NCBI GenBank assembly: GCA_964427175.1
Contig: CAYRTP010000002.1
Location: 12,084 to 72,356 of the forward strand
DNA length: 60,273 nucleotides
Direction of reading: 5' to 3'
Source: an uncultured Clostridium sp.
GTDB lineage: Bacteria; Bacillota; Clostridia; Oscillospirales; CAG-272
Both the position numbers and the translations under genes were made by a program. Positions 44,567 to 53,029 of this stretch are shown piece by piece (within the stretch, counting starts at the first letter, position 1; each line of letters starts with the position of its first letter). Below the pieces are notes generated by a model. It saw nothing but the letters and a program-made list of their open reading frames with translations. It searched no databases and was not told the origin of the DNA.

Positions 44567-45160
44567 TTAAGTATCGTTATGGATTAGCTTCCAAAAATCC
44601 TGCATATTCATTACCGTATGCTCGGCCACGGTATCGCCGGAATGGATCTCCGTGTATTTGTGGTCGGCGTAGGTGATGCGCATGGGTGCGGGATAGACCA
44701 AGAGAATTTGCATGGCGTATTCCTCCTCCTTGGGGGTCAGCACGAGCGCCTTTCGGCTCAGACGCAACTCGTTCTTGCGCTCGTGAACCGAGTCTGCTAC
44801 GCTCAAATGGCGTTTTTTGGAGTAGAAGAACTCGGGAGGACGGCGCGCCTCGATCAGATGCCCCGTGCGGGTTTTCTCAAAGCTCCATCGACCGTGAACC
44901 GAGATGAAGGAGATCACACTCACCTCATACCGCTTGCCTTTCACGGTTACGTAGTAGTCCGCCTCCCCCTTTGTCCCGAACAGAATCCCCTTGAGTCCGC
45001 GCAATTCCTCTACCATGATCCCCTCCTTCCTGCCCAGCTTTCGCATTTTGGAGCGGAAGGAAAACATTTTGACGATGTACCAAATCACCTTGTAAACCGT
45101 GTAGAAATAAAGGATCCACGCAAGAATGATCAACAGATAAATGACAATTTGAATAACCAT
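44567..45160 (-). CDS. N-terminally anchored hypothetical protein (AT-rich; shares C-terminal domain with 45885-47147)
   Basis: Helix IVIYLLIILAWILYFYTVYKVIWYIV; RBS aaggagg lies inside the upstream gene end. Confidence 0.5.
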   Translation of the reverse strand: MVIQIVIYLLIILAWILYFYTVYKVIWYIVKMFSFRSKMRKLGRKEGIMVEELRGLKGILFGTKGEADYYVTVKGKRYEVSVISFISVHGRWSFEKTRTGHLIEARRPPEFFYSKKRHLSVADSVHERKNELRLSRKALVLTPKEEEYAMQILLVYPAPMRITYADHKYTEIHSGDTVAEHTVMNMQDFWKLIHNDT

Positions 45161-45161
45161 A

Positions 45162-45782
45162 TCAGTCCTCCTTATGGGAAGTTTCGTTTTGTGAAGTCAG
45201 TGTGGGCGCATCTCCCTGACTCGCTCTCTGCCACCGCCACATGAATCGGTACACGAGCGCGATGAGTATGCCGTAAACAGCCGCATACAGGAGATACCAA
45301 AGGGCAAAAACAAAGAAATCGGCGGGGATGTATTCGAGATCATTGCGAATCGCTTCATGACGTTTTGTGGCGATCATATATGTATTTTCAAAAAGGAAAC
45401 ACGCGAATTTGCTGAAACGACCTCCGATTTGACTCTGATGTCCCAAGCATATGAAGCTGATCAAGAAGCGAATGATCTCGCCTGGCAAAACAAATTTCAG
45501 GAAATGTTTTTTCCAATGGCTTTTCTTATCATACTGTTTGGGGATGAAAAAGAAAAACACAATTCCTACCGCAAAAACAGGGAGTATAAGGTCAATAATC
45601 AGATAAAGCGAAAAACCCAAAACGAACAAGAATTCAAGGGGAATTTTGTTATATATCGGAGCAATAAAAACGCCAGCCACGGATGCGGACAGGTCTTTTG
45701 TAATGGTGTAGTAGGCAAACAGAAACAAAACGTACAGGATAATGTGCGGGATCGTAACTTTTTTCTTCTTGAAAAAACTCAT
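45162..45782 (-). CDS. Multi-pass membrane protein, unknown function (AT-rich)
   Basis: ATG 45782 eight nt after aaggagg (the track start at 45788 is TTG). Confidence 0.5.
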   Translation of the reverse strand: MSFFKKKKVTIPHIILYVLFLFAYYTITKDLSASVAGVFIAPIYNKIPLEFLFVLGFSLYLIIDLILPVFAVGIVFFFFIPKQYDKKSHWKKHFLKFVLPGEIIRFLISFICLGHQSQIGGRFSKFACFLFENTYMIATKRHEAIRNDLEYIPADFFVFALWYLLYAAVYGILIALVYRFMWRWQRASQGDAPTLTSQNETSHKED

Positions 45783-45884
45783 AGGCAAGCCCTCCTTGGT
45801 AAGAAATCATGGGTTTTTTCTATTATAACATTATAGTCAACTATAAAGTCAAGCCCCTTTCTTGAAATTTCTTCAAAAAATTTT

Positions 45885-47147
45885 TTAAGTCCTCTCCAGC
45901 ATATTCAAAAAAGAATTTTTCCCATACACCGTATAGTCAAAGACCTTGGAGGCGTTGTCCAGGGGCAAATATTCTCCGTCTCGTGTTCCCCGCAAGCAAA
46001 GAGTGTAGGGGACGGGGTCGAGCAATAGAATCTGCGCGCCTTCACCCTTCGGAAAATCAAAATCATGGTTGGTGAACCAGGAGAGCGTAGGCATAGTCAA
46101 GGTGCGCATTCCCGCGGCTTGCGCCCCGCCTGCCCGCATCATACCGATGCCGCCGGCCATATTCCGAGCGATGCGGATATTGATGGTGTACATGAACTGG
46201 TAGACGTGATCTTCGCACAGAATTATGGCGAAACGGCGGCGGTGACAGTTGGCCACGGTCACCTGGTAGGTGGTGACGGATGGGTGCTTGCCGTCGGGAT
46301 GAGGGTAGTCTGTGATGGTCAAATGAAAATCATTGGCAAAGCCGAACAGGGAACGGTAGGGATGACCGTGGATCTCGTATGAAATTTCTTCCTTATCCCG
46401 TAAATGCGCCAACCGATGCAAAAACTTCCGTCTCTCCAGAATGCGGCGAATGCAGTGCAGAATCTCCAAGGCAACCAGAATGCCCAAAAGAATCAAGAAG
46501 GGGATTTTCAGCAATGCGATGACTGCGTTGACGATCGAGCCGAAAATGGGGAAGAAAATGGTGATTCCGCTGTAAACCAGTGCCACAAGGGAGCCAAAGT
46601 AGATCAAGGCATAGATGATGCGTCCGATGAGCTTGTACTTTTTATCCTTGAAGCTACGGAGATTTTTCTGCACGGCCCAGATACGGTTCAACCGTGTGAT
46701 ACGGAGGAGGGATGCGGCCGAGACAAACAGGAGGGCGCCGCCTGCTGCAAGCGCAACCTTCCCTGCTTCAGGCAGAGTGATATACTGCAACGGGGCAAAC
46801 CCGGCAAGGGTCAGAATAGGGGAGGCTCCCAAAACCGTGAGGATGTATCCGGTCAAAAAACCAGGGTCGTGGAGCAGATTGGGGGTGTCGGCTGCTTGAC
46901 AGAAACGGTTGAAGCTGTAGTCATCAATGTGGTCATAATACCACCACAGGGCAATAAATATGGCTATGTCTGTAAGCAGAGGGATGACGGCGAATTTTGC
47001 GTTTTTCTGTTCTACCCATTGAAAGAGCAGATTGTCCAACGCCATATTGGCAATGGTGTTCAGAAGAAATAATTGTACAACGCAGAGAAGGGCTTTGAAG
47101 CCATGCCAAAGCACGTCCTTTTGTCGGGGGGAGATGCGTGGTTTCAT
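45885..47147 (-). CDS. Polytopic membrane protein with soluble C-terminal domain, unknown family (AT-rich)
   Basis: About six N-terminal helices. C-terminal part by eye resembles 44567-45160 (…QILLLDPVPY… versus …QILLVYPAPM…). Confidence 0.5.
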   Translation of the reverse strand: MKPRISPRQKDVLWHGFKALLCVVQLFLLNTIANMALDNLLFQWVEQKNAKFAVIPLLTDIAIFIALWWYYDHIDDYSFNRFCQAADTPNLLHDPGFLTGYILTVLGASPILTLAGFAPLQYITLPEAGKVALAAGGALLFVSAASLLRITRLNRIWAVQKNLRSFKDKKYKLIGRIIYALIYFGSLVALVYSGITIFFPIFGSIVNAVIALLKIPFLILLGILVALEILHCIRRILERRKFLHRLAHLRDKEEISYEIHGHPYRSLFGFANDFHLTITDYPHPDGKHPSVTTYQVTVANCHRRRFAIILCEDHVYQFMYTINIRIARNMAGGIGMMRAGGAQAAGMRTLTMPTLSWFTNHDFDFPKGEGAQILLLDPVPYTLCLRGTRDGEYLPLDNASKVFDYTVYGKNSFLNMLERT

Positions 47148-47186
47148 GACGGAGTCTCCTTTTTGAAGCGGAATTTGGGAACGGCA

Positions 47187-48419
47187 TTACTTCTTAAACA
47201 TGATCTTCTCACTATGGAACATCCGTGTCAGCACCAGGGCGAACACACCCGCGGTGACCAGGTTGGCCGCCACCGTGACAACCACCTGCAGGGGCTCACA
47301 GCTCATGGAGAAGACTCCGCTGATGCATTGGACGCTGTTGTACACGGGAATGAGGAACAGAGCGAGGTTTCCGCCGCCGCCTCCGAACATCCCGCTGACA
47401 CCAATGACCGTGACCACCAGCATGAGGGGGGATACCAGGCCCGAGGCCTCCTTGACAGACCCCGCCAGGGCCGACAGGATGGCGATGAGGGAAACGAACA
47501 CCAGCACCGTGGACAGGATCACGGCCAGGATCATGAGGTAGTCGGTGACCCCGTAGACCGTGGCATCCACCATGCCCAGCTCCTCTCCGCCCATCAGCTT
47601 GGGCAGAGACAGGATGACACCCAGGAAGTTGCACATACCCGCCAGCAGGGAGATCACCGACAGGGCGGCGATCTTGCCGATGGCCAGCTCGCTTCGCTTC
47701 ACGGGAGTGATCAGCAGGGTGGCGATGGTGCCCCGCTCCTTCTCGCCCGCGATGGATTCGGTGGTCATGGCCATACAGCTGGAGAAGGTCAGCATCACCA
47801 GGAGCATGGGCATGAGCATGGAGAAGAGCATCCCCGTCAGGTCCTCCTCGGTGGCCACGTCAAAGACCGCGTCGGGGGAGATGTTCACGTCAAACCGATT
47901 GGCCATGGAGGACTCAAAGACGTTCAGAAGGCTGAGCACTGTGGAATACGCCGTCGAGGAATCGGGATCGGCGGAGTTGTAGTAGATCCTGACCTCGGGG
48001 GCGGGGAGGCCGCTTGCGGGATCGTAGGCCGCTACCTCCGCGTCAAAATCCTCGGGAAATACCAGGTACAGGTGGTAGGATCCGCTGTTGATGGCCTCGG
48101 TGATGGTCTCTTGATCGTGGACCTCGTCGCAATCGGGACAGCGGTAAAAGCTCATATTCAGCCCGCTGTTCAGGGCAATGGTCTGCACCGTCTCGGAGGA
48201 GTTGTGGGTGAGGATGCGGTACTCCACGTCCTCGCCGCCTCCCATCAGATTCTCCGACAGCACTCCGCCCATGAGGGAGTAGATGACGTAGATCAGGATA
48301 CCGGGCAGAATGATGGTCATGAGCATCCGCCGATCCCCGAAGAAACGGCGGAGCTCCTTTTTCATGATGGTCAGTATGTTATTCTTGCGCTTGTTCTTTT
48401 GAACGGTCAAAACGGTCAT
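47187..48419 (-). CDS. ABC-2 type transporter permease (NatB-like)
   Basis: ILTIMKKELRRFFGDRRM, large loop after TM1, C-terminal cluster of TM helices. Confidence 0.75.
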   Translation of the reverse strand: MTVLTVQKNKRKNNILTIMKKELRRFFGDRRMLMTIILPGILIYVIYSLMGGVLSENLMGGGEDVEYRILTHNSSETVQTIALNSGLNMSFYRCPDCDEVHDQETITEAINSGSYHLYLVFPEDFDAEVAAYDPASGLPAPEVRIYYNSADPDSSTAYSTVLSLLNVFESSMANRFDVNISPDAVFDVATEEDLTGMLFSMLMPMLLVMLTFSSCMAMTTESIAGEKERGTIATLLITPVKRSELAIGKIAALSVISLLAGMCNFLGVILSLPKLMGGEELGMVDATVYGVTDYLMILAVILSTVLVFVSLIAILSALAGSVKEASGLVSPLMLVVTVIGVSGMFGGGGGNLALFLIPVYNSVQCISGVFSMSCEPLQVVVTVAANLVTAGVFALVLTRMFHSEKIMFKK

Positions 48420-48422
48420 GGC

Positions 48423-49199
48423 TTATACCTCCTCGCCCGCCTGGGCCTTGTAGAGCTCAAAGAAGCGATCTTCCAGGGAGAGCTCCCCACAGACGGCTTC
48501 CAGGGAATCACAGGTGATCATGCGGCCGTCGATGATGATGCCCACACGGTCGCAGAGCTTCTCCACCAGGCTGAAAATATGGGTGGACAGGATGACGGTC
48601 TTCCCCCGCTCCCGAAGCTCCAACAGGAAATCCGTGACCACCTTGGCGGTCAGTACGTCCAGGCCGTTGGTGGGCTCGTCGAAAATGATGATGTCGGGAT
48701 CGTGGACCACCGAGATGACCAGGGACACCTTCTGCTTCATGCCCGTGGACAGGTTGGCCACCTTGACCTCGGCAAAGCGGTCGATGCCGAACTTGCCGAA
48801 AAGCTCGGCTTTCCGCGCGGCGGATACCGCGGGCTCAACCCCGTGCAGGGAAGCGAAGAAGTCAAAGAGGTAGTTGGGGGTGAAGAAATCCTCCAGCTTG
48901 AGCTCGCCCGTGAGAAAGCCCACACGGCTCCGCACCGTGTCGGGGTCCCCCGTGATGCTGACCCCGTCCACAAAGGCATCCCCCTCGTCGGGACGGATCA
49001 GGGTAGCCAGCATCCGCAGGGTGGTGGTTTTTCCCGCTCCGTTCGGGCCTAACAAGCCGAAAATCTCTCCGCGGTTGGCGGTAAAGGACAGCCCGTCCAC
49101 GGCGACCTTGACCTTTTGGTTGGTCTTTTCCAGCTGTTGCTGTTTTCGGGACAGGGTGAAGGTCTTACGCAGACCCTCGGCGCGTAAAATGGTTTCCAT
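48423..49199 (-). CDS. ABC transporter ATP-binding protein
   Basis: GLLGPNGAGKTT Walker A, LSTGMKQKV signature, IIIFDEPTNGLD Walker B. Confidence 0.9.
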   Translation of the reverse strand: METILRAEGLRKTFTLSRKQQQLEKTNQKVKVAVDGLSFTANRGEIFGLLGPNGAGKTTTLRMLATLIRPDEGDAFVDGVSITGDPDTVRSRVGFLTGELKLEDFFTPNYLFDFFASLHGVEPAVSAARKAELFGKFGIDRFAEVKVANLSTGMKQKVSLVISVVHDPDIIIFDEPTNGLDVLTAKVVTDFLLELRERGKTVILSTHIFSLVEKLCDRVGIIIDGRMITCDSLEAVCGELSLEDRFFELYKAQAGEEV

Positions 49200-49260
49200 A
49201 GCGATTCTCCTATTTTTATTTATCGTTTTATTTATTGGAAGCGTTCGATAAGCTGATTCT

Positions 49261-49332
49261 GTAGGGGCGGCCATTGGCCGTCCGCGTACTCTCCCATATC
49301 TCGCATGGCGGACGAGCGATGCTCGCCCCTAC
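49261..49332. repeat. GTAGGGGCGG-type palindromic element (REP family 3)
   Basis: gtaggggcg…cgcccctac outer arms, inner cgtccgc/gcggacg, internal palindromes ggccattggcc and gagcgatgctc. Confidence 0.75.
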
Positions 49333-49358
49333 ATCAGCGAAACGGTTATCGAACATAT

Positions 49359-49988
49359 CTATTGAAAAAACGTTTCGTCATCCCGATCCAACACGATCAG
49401 GGAGCACCCGCAGCCGCGGCATTCGCCCTTGCCGTCATCGTCCATGTAACCGCAGACCACGCAGAAGGGGGTCTTACAGCCCAGGATCACGGGGTAGGGA
49501 AGCCCCCGGAATTTCACGATCCGATCCCCCACGCGGAGGGGGAAGGTCTCGGAGTCCCCGGGAAGTCGGACGGTGCGGGTCTGAACGGCTTCGTCATCCG
49601 AGCGGATGGTCATTTTGCAGTAGTTGACCTGATTGTAGCCGCGGGTAGAGGCGTATGGCCGTCCGCCTTTGCCGATGCCTCCGCCAATGCGGCTGAAGGT
49701 CTCCAGCCGTACCGAAAACTGGGTGGAGAGTACGGTTCCCACAAAGCTGGTGTCCCGCACCCACGCAGGACCGCCGAAGGCGAAGAAGGGGACCGTCAGC
49801 AGGGCGATACAGAGCAGGGAGGCCTGTAGCCACCCCACGTATTCCGCCGCGGTGGGGAGCAGGAACAGTGCCTCAACCAGCAGGATGGCGGCGGTGGTGC
49901 AGAGCCATTTGAGCAAGAAGCGGCGGTCGTTGGCCTTCACGATCTCCCGAAGATCGGGGTTTTCGAAGGGGATCTTGGGGGTGTTCAT
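49359..49988 (-). CDS. Two-TM membrane protein with C-terminal Cys-rich (zinc-ribbon-like) tail
   Basis: ATG 49988. CVVCGYMDDDGKGECRGCGC; coupled to the upstream LURP-one-like gene. Confidence 0.5.
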   Translation of the reverse strand: MNTPKIPFENPDLREIVKANDRRFLLKWLCTTAAILLVEALFLLPTAAEYVGWLQASLLCIALLTVPFFAFGGPAWVRDTSFVGTVLSTQFSVRLETFSRIGGGIGKGGRPYASTRGYNQVNYCKMTIRSDDEAVQTRTVRLPGDSETFPLRVGDRIVKFRGLPYPVILGCKTPFCVVCGYMDDDGKGECRGCGCSLIVLDRDDETFFQ

Positions 49989-50005
49989 CTCCGGATCCCC
50001 TCCCC

Positions 50006-50479
50006 TCAATCATTGTCCTGCTCCATGGCGCAGTCGATGGCCAGGACCAGGGCGAGGGCTTGGATCTCGTCGGCGGGGTCGCGGATGTCCAGGGCGTAGC
50101 AGTCCCCCCAGGTGAACCATTCCTTGGCGATGGTGACGATGGGCTCCCCGCCGCGGTAGACGGTGTAATCGTGGGACCAGAACTCCCCTTCCACGTCCCA
50201 ATCGGCCCCCTCCACGGTGTAGCGGGGGCGGAAGAAGGAGAACTCGCGGACCACCTCACCGACCAGCTGACCGTAGGCGTAGACCTCGTAGCGGGGCTTG
50301 AAGGTGAAGATCTGTTGCTCGATGTAGGCCACCTCCCGCCCGTCGGGGGTGCAGACGTGGAGCTTCTTGCCCCAGGAGAACAGCTCGCCCTCCACGTAGT
50401 AGCGGTCATTGCCCGCCTCGTCCTTGACCGTAAAGCGGTCGTTCCAGGTGAAGATCTTTTCTTCAATCAGCAATTTCAT
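50006..50479 (-). CDS. LURP-one-related (DUF567, tubby C-terminal-like) family protein
   Basis: IFTWNDRFTVKDEAGNDRYYVEGELFSWGKKLHV…FTFKPRYEVY…WSHDYTVY repeat pattern typical of DUF567. Confidence 0.7.
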   Translation of the reverse strand: MKLLIEEKIFTWNDRFTVKDEAGNDRYYVEGELFSWGKKLHVCTPDGREVAYIEQQIFTFKPRYEVYAYGQLVGEVVREFSFFRPRYTVEGADWDVEGEFWSHDYTVYRGGEPIVTIAKEWFTWGDCYALDIRDPADEIQALALVLAIDCAMEQDND

Positions 50480-50794
50480 AGAATATAATCATCCTTTCCT
50501 AAAATATCTTGTTTAATTGTCTACATTATAACATACAATCGAATGATTGTCAATAGGTTTTCAAGGAATATGTTAAAAAATCTACAATTTTCTTGCCTGA
50601 ATGTAAACCAAGCGACTATTTAAATGCCTGAATGGGAAAAAAGAGATCGGGAAAAGAGATTTTACGTTGTTCGGTAGACAATTATAACTCTTAAAATCTA
50701 AGAAGTCAATATGATTTTTCAAAATTTTCCGAATTTTTAAGAAATTTGTGCAATATATCTTACAATATAAGAAAAAAGATGCGAGGTATTGTAC

Positions 50795-51130
50795 ATGGAT
50801 CAAATTCCGAATCTTAGTCAAATACTGAAAAACACCCGCGAGGATCTTGATCTCACGCAACTGAAGGTAATGGAACTGACGGGAATTAACCATAAAACCT
50901 TGTCGGGCTATGAAAACGGTGTGGCTGAGCCTGATTTGCAGGCACTGGCGACCTTGTGTCGCCTGTATAAGCTCTCCATGGATGTGGTCCTTGGCCTCAA
51001 GCCTACTCCGGATGCGCTACTGTTAAGCCGCCGAGAAAAGGATTTGGTTGAGCTATACCGGCGGCTTCCCTCGGATAGCCAGCGTGCCTTGGTGACTCTT
51101 TTAAGTGGCCTGATTGAGCGGAACTCATAA
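50795..51130 (+). CDS. XRE-family HTH transcriptional regulator
   Basis: LKNTREDLDLTQLKVMELTGINHKTLSGYENGVAEPD. Confidence 0.8.
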   Translation: MDQIPNLSQILKNTREDLDLTQLKVMELTGINHKTLSGYENGVAEPDLQALATLCRLYKLSMDVVLGLKPTPDALLLSRREKDLVELYRRLPSDSQRALVTLLSGLIERNS

Positions 51131-51181
51131 GCATATGTAAATAAAAAATCCGCCCGAGGGCGGAAAAAATGCGAAAAGGTG

Positions 51182-51210
51182 TTGACAAAACCGCGTCGGC
51201 GGTGTATCAT
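51182..51210 (+). promoter_or_regulatory. Promoter of sRNA copy A
   Basis: ttgaca, 17 nt, tatcat. Confidence 0.65.
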
Positions 51211-51216
51211 AAAAAC

Positions 51217-51301
51217 GTAGGGGCTGCCGGTGACGGTTGCTTCCTCGTAATACGATTAAGATAACCGTTTTGTTTGGAAGACTGGGCGGTTATCTTTTTT
51301 T
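51217..51301 (+). ncRNA. Candidate small RNA, copy A (homolog of 32584-32671)
   Basis: 5' ACGTAGGGGCTGCCGGTGACGGTTGCTTCC; terminator AGATAACCG…CGGTTATCT + TTTTTT. Confidence 0.55.
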
Positions 51302-51364
51302 ACTGTTCAAGTAAGACATGATGACGAATGCCAATGTAACAAGGTCGATCAAGAGATAGATCAA
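51290..51364 (-). CDS. Candidate 24-codon hydrophobic/basic peptide (type I toxin-like), convergent with sRNA copy A
   Basis: TTG start; translation LIYLLIDLVTLAFVIMSYLNSKKR; stop inside the shared terminator stem. SD weak or ambiguous and no clear promoter. Confidence 0.35.
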   Translation of the reverse strand: MIYLLIDLVTLAFVIMSYLNSKKR

Positions 51365-51414
51365 TTCGCCTTTTCCACTCCGAAAAATTTTTTCAAAAAA
51401 ATTTGAAAAACCCC

Positions 51415-51443
51415 TTGACAAATCCGCCGACATGATGTATAAT
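51415..51443 (+). promoter_or_regulatory. Promoter of Rrf2-rubrerythrin-rubredoxin cluster
   Basis: ttgaca, 17 nt, tataat; inverted repeat TTTCAAA-N4-TTTGAAA just upstream (51391-51408). Confidence 0.7.
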
Positions 51444-51485
51444 TAAATCACACCAAAACAGTGTCATTTGAGGAGGCAACCAAAG

Positions 51486-51938
51486 ATGAAGATCACACAG
51501 GAAGCGGATTACGCCCTGCGTATGATGTGCCTTCTGGCGAAGCAGTCCGCCGCGGGAGTTCCCACCGTGGGCGCGTCGGTTTTAGCCGAGGGGGTGGCCG
51601 TCCCCAGCCGATTCGGGCTGAAGATCCTCCACAAGCTCTCCCAGTCGGGCCTGGTCAAGACCAGCCGAGGGGCGACAGGTGGTTACAGCCTGAACTCCGA
51701 CCCCGCAACCATAACGGTGCGGCAGGTCATTGAGGCCATCGACGGACCCATCGAGATCAATCGATGCCTGTCCAAGACCCACATCTGTCTCAATAATCCC
51801 AACAAGGACTGCTGTCGCTTGCACCACGTCTTCGAGGAGCTCAATCGGATGCTCACCGAACGGCTGGACCGCCTGACCGTGTCCATGGTGGTGGATGAAG
51901 GGATCGGAATGGGTGACCTCATACGCACGATCGTCTAA
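51486..51938 (+). CDS. Rrf2 family transcriptional regulator
   Basis: [19 protein letters not shown]…[14 protein letters not shown]; Cys cluster [17 protein letters not shown]. Confidence 0.85.
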   Translation: MKITQEADYALRMMCLLAKQSAAGVPTVGASVLAEGVAVPSRFGLKILHKLSQSGLVKTSRGATGGYSLNSDPATITVRQVIEAIDGPIEINRCLSKTHICLNNPNKDCCRLHHVFEELNRMLTERLDRLTVSMVVDEGIGMGDLIRTIV

Positions 51939-52018
51939 AGCCCGCCGAGAAAGGCGGCATTATACGAGCCAAAGGCTCAAAATCAAATTTTAAATTCAAA
52001 TTTCAGGAGGAATTTACC

Positions 52019-52567
52019 ATGAAAAAGTTCAGATGCAAGGTTTGCGGCGAGATCATTGAGAGCGAGAACTACCCCGAGCAGTGCCCCAGATGCAAGGTCA
52101 AGGGCGACGACAAGTTTGAGGAGGTCAAGGAAGGCAACCTGACTTGGGCCGCTGAGCACATCGTCGGTGTAGCTAAGGACGCTCCCGAGCACATCAAGGA
52201 GGGCCTGCGCGCCAACTTCGAGGGCGAGTGCTCCGAGGTCGGTATGTACCTGGCTATGGCCCGCGTGGCTGCCCGCGAGGGTTATCCCGAGATCGGCCTG
52301 TACTGGGAGAAGGCCGCTTACGAGGAGGCCGAGCACGCCGCTAAGTTTGCGGAGCTGCTGGGCGAGTGCCTGACCGACTCCACCAAGAAGAACCTGGAGA
52401 TGCGTGTTGAGGCCGAGAACGGTGCTACCGCCGGTAAGTTCGAGCTGGCTAAGGCCGCTAAGGAGCTGAACCTGGACGCTATCCATGACACCGTCCACGA
52501 GATGGCCCGCGACGAGGCCCGCCACGGCAAGGCTTTCGCAGGTCTGCTGGCAAGATATTTCGGTTAA
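52019..52567 (+). CDS. Reverse rubrerythrin (N-terminal rubredoxin-like, C-terminal ferritin-like domain)
   Basis: FRCKVCGE…CPRCK then [10 protein letters not shown]…EEAEHA…EARH diiron ligand pattern. Confidence 0.85.
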   Translation: MKKFRCKVCGEIIESENYPEQCPRCKVKGDDKFEEVKEGNLTWAAEHIVGVAKDAPEHIKEGLRANFEGECSEVGMYLAMARVAAREGYPEIGLYWEKAAYEEAEHAAKFAELLGECLTDSTKKNLEMRVEAENGATAGKFELAKAAKELNLDAIHDTVHEMARDEARHGKAFAGLLARYFG

Positions 52568-52572
52568 TCAAG

Positions 52573-52649
52573 GAGAGCGCCAAGGGCTCTGCCCTTGGGA
52601 CCCGCCAAGAACCTTTTGCAAAAAGGTTCTTGGATCTACAAAAACTTTC
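52573..52649 (-). repeat. REP family 2, copy e (inverted orientation)
   Basis: The reverse complement reads aaagtttttgtagatc + ccaagaacctttttgcaaaaggttcttgg + cgggtcccaagggcagagcccttgg. Confidence 0.85.
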
Positions 52650-52656
52650 AATATAT

Positions 52657-52707
52657 GATCGTAGGGCGGGGGCGGTTTTCGCAGAAAACGGATCCCGCCG
52701 CACGATC
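52657..52707. repeat. Imperfect palindrome of GTAGGGCGGGG type (REP family 3-like)
   Basis: gatcgtagggcgggggcggttttc-gca-gaaaacggatcccgccgcacgatc. Confidence 0.6.
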
Positions 52708-52795
52708 CACACGGAGGAGCCGAGATGGCCTTGATCGGCGGTGCAGCTCCGCTGTCCTCCTCAATAAATTATGGATCTTGAAAGGAGATATGATT

Positions 52796-52951
52796 ATGAA
52801 ATACGTTTGCCCCTGTGGCTATGAGTACGACCCTGCAGTAGGTGATCCCGACAACGGCATCGAGCCCGGCACCGCCTGGGAGGACCTGCCCGAGGATTTC
52901 GCCTGCCCCGTTTGCGGGTTGGACAAGGATGCTTTTGAGAAGGAAGAGTAA
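52796..52951 (+). CDS. Rubredoxin
   Basis: [13 protein letters not shown]…DFACPVCG; ATG 52796 eight nt after aaaggag. Confidence 0.9.
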   Translation: MKYVCPCGYEYDPAVGDPDNGIEPGTAWEDLPEDFACPVCGLDKDAFEKEE

Positions 52952-52989
52952 TTCCTCTCGGAGCGCGATGGAATGAATATAACAAAGAT

Positions 52990-53017
52990 GGGAGCCCCGA
53001 TTGTGGGGCTCCCTTTT
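52990..53017. terminator. Bidirectional terminator after rubredoxin
   Basis: gggagcccc-gattgt-ggggctccc + tttt; A/T-rich on both flanks. Confidence 0.8.
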
Positions 53018-53029
53018 GTGGTGGCTATT

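Noticed and set aside
47073-49052. 659-aa plus-strand ORF, with similar shadows at 17853-19220, 19454-20896, 26303-28243, 11640-13361, 13114-14427, 14622-15842, 56860-57942 and 59275-60105
   Set aside because: All lie opposite genes with unambiguous identities (ABC transporter, rodA, proS, pbp2, MATE, lipoprotein, nagA, fucO, ParA/eutP). They show H/D/G/Q/R-rich low-complexity translations.
51144-51170. Hairpin ccgcc-cgag-ggcgg after the HTH gene as its terminator
   Set aside because: On the plus strand it is followed by an A-run, not a T-run. The T-run is on the minus strand, where no upstream gene is evident. It is left unassigned.
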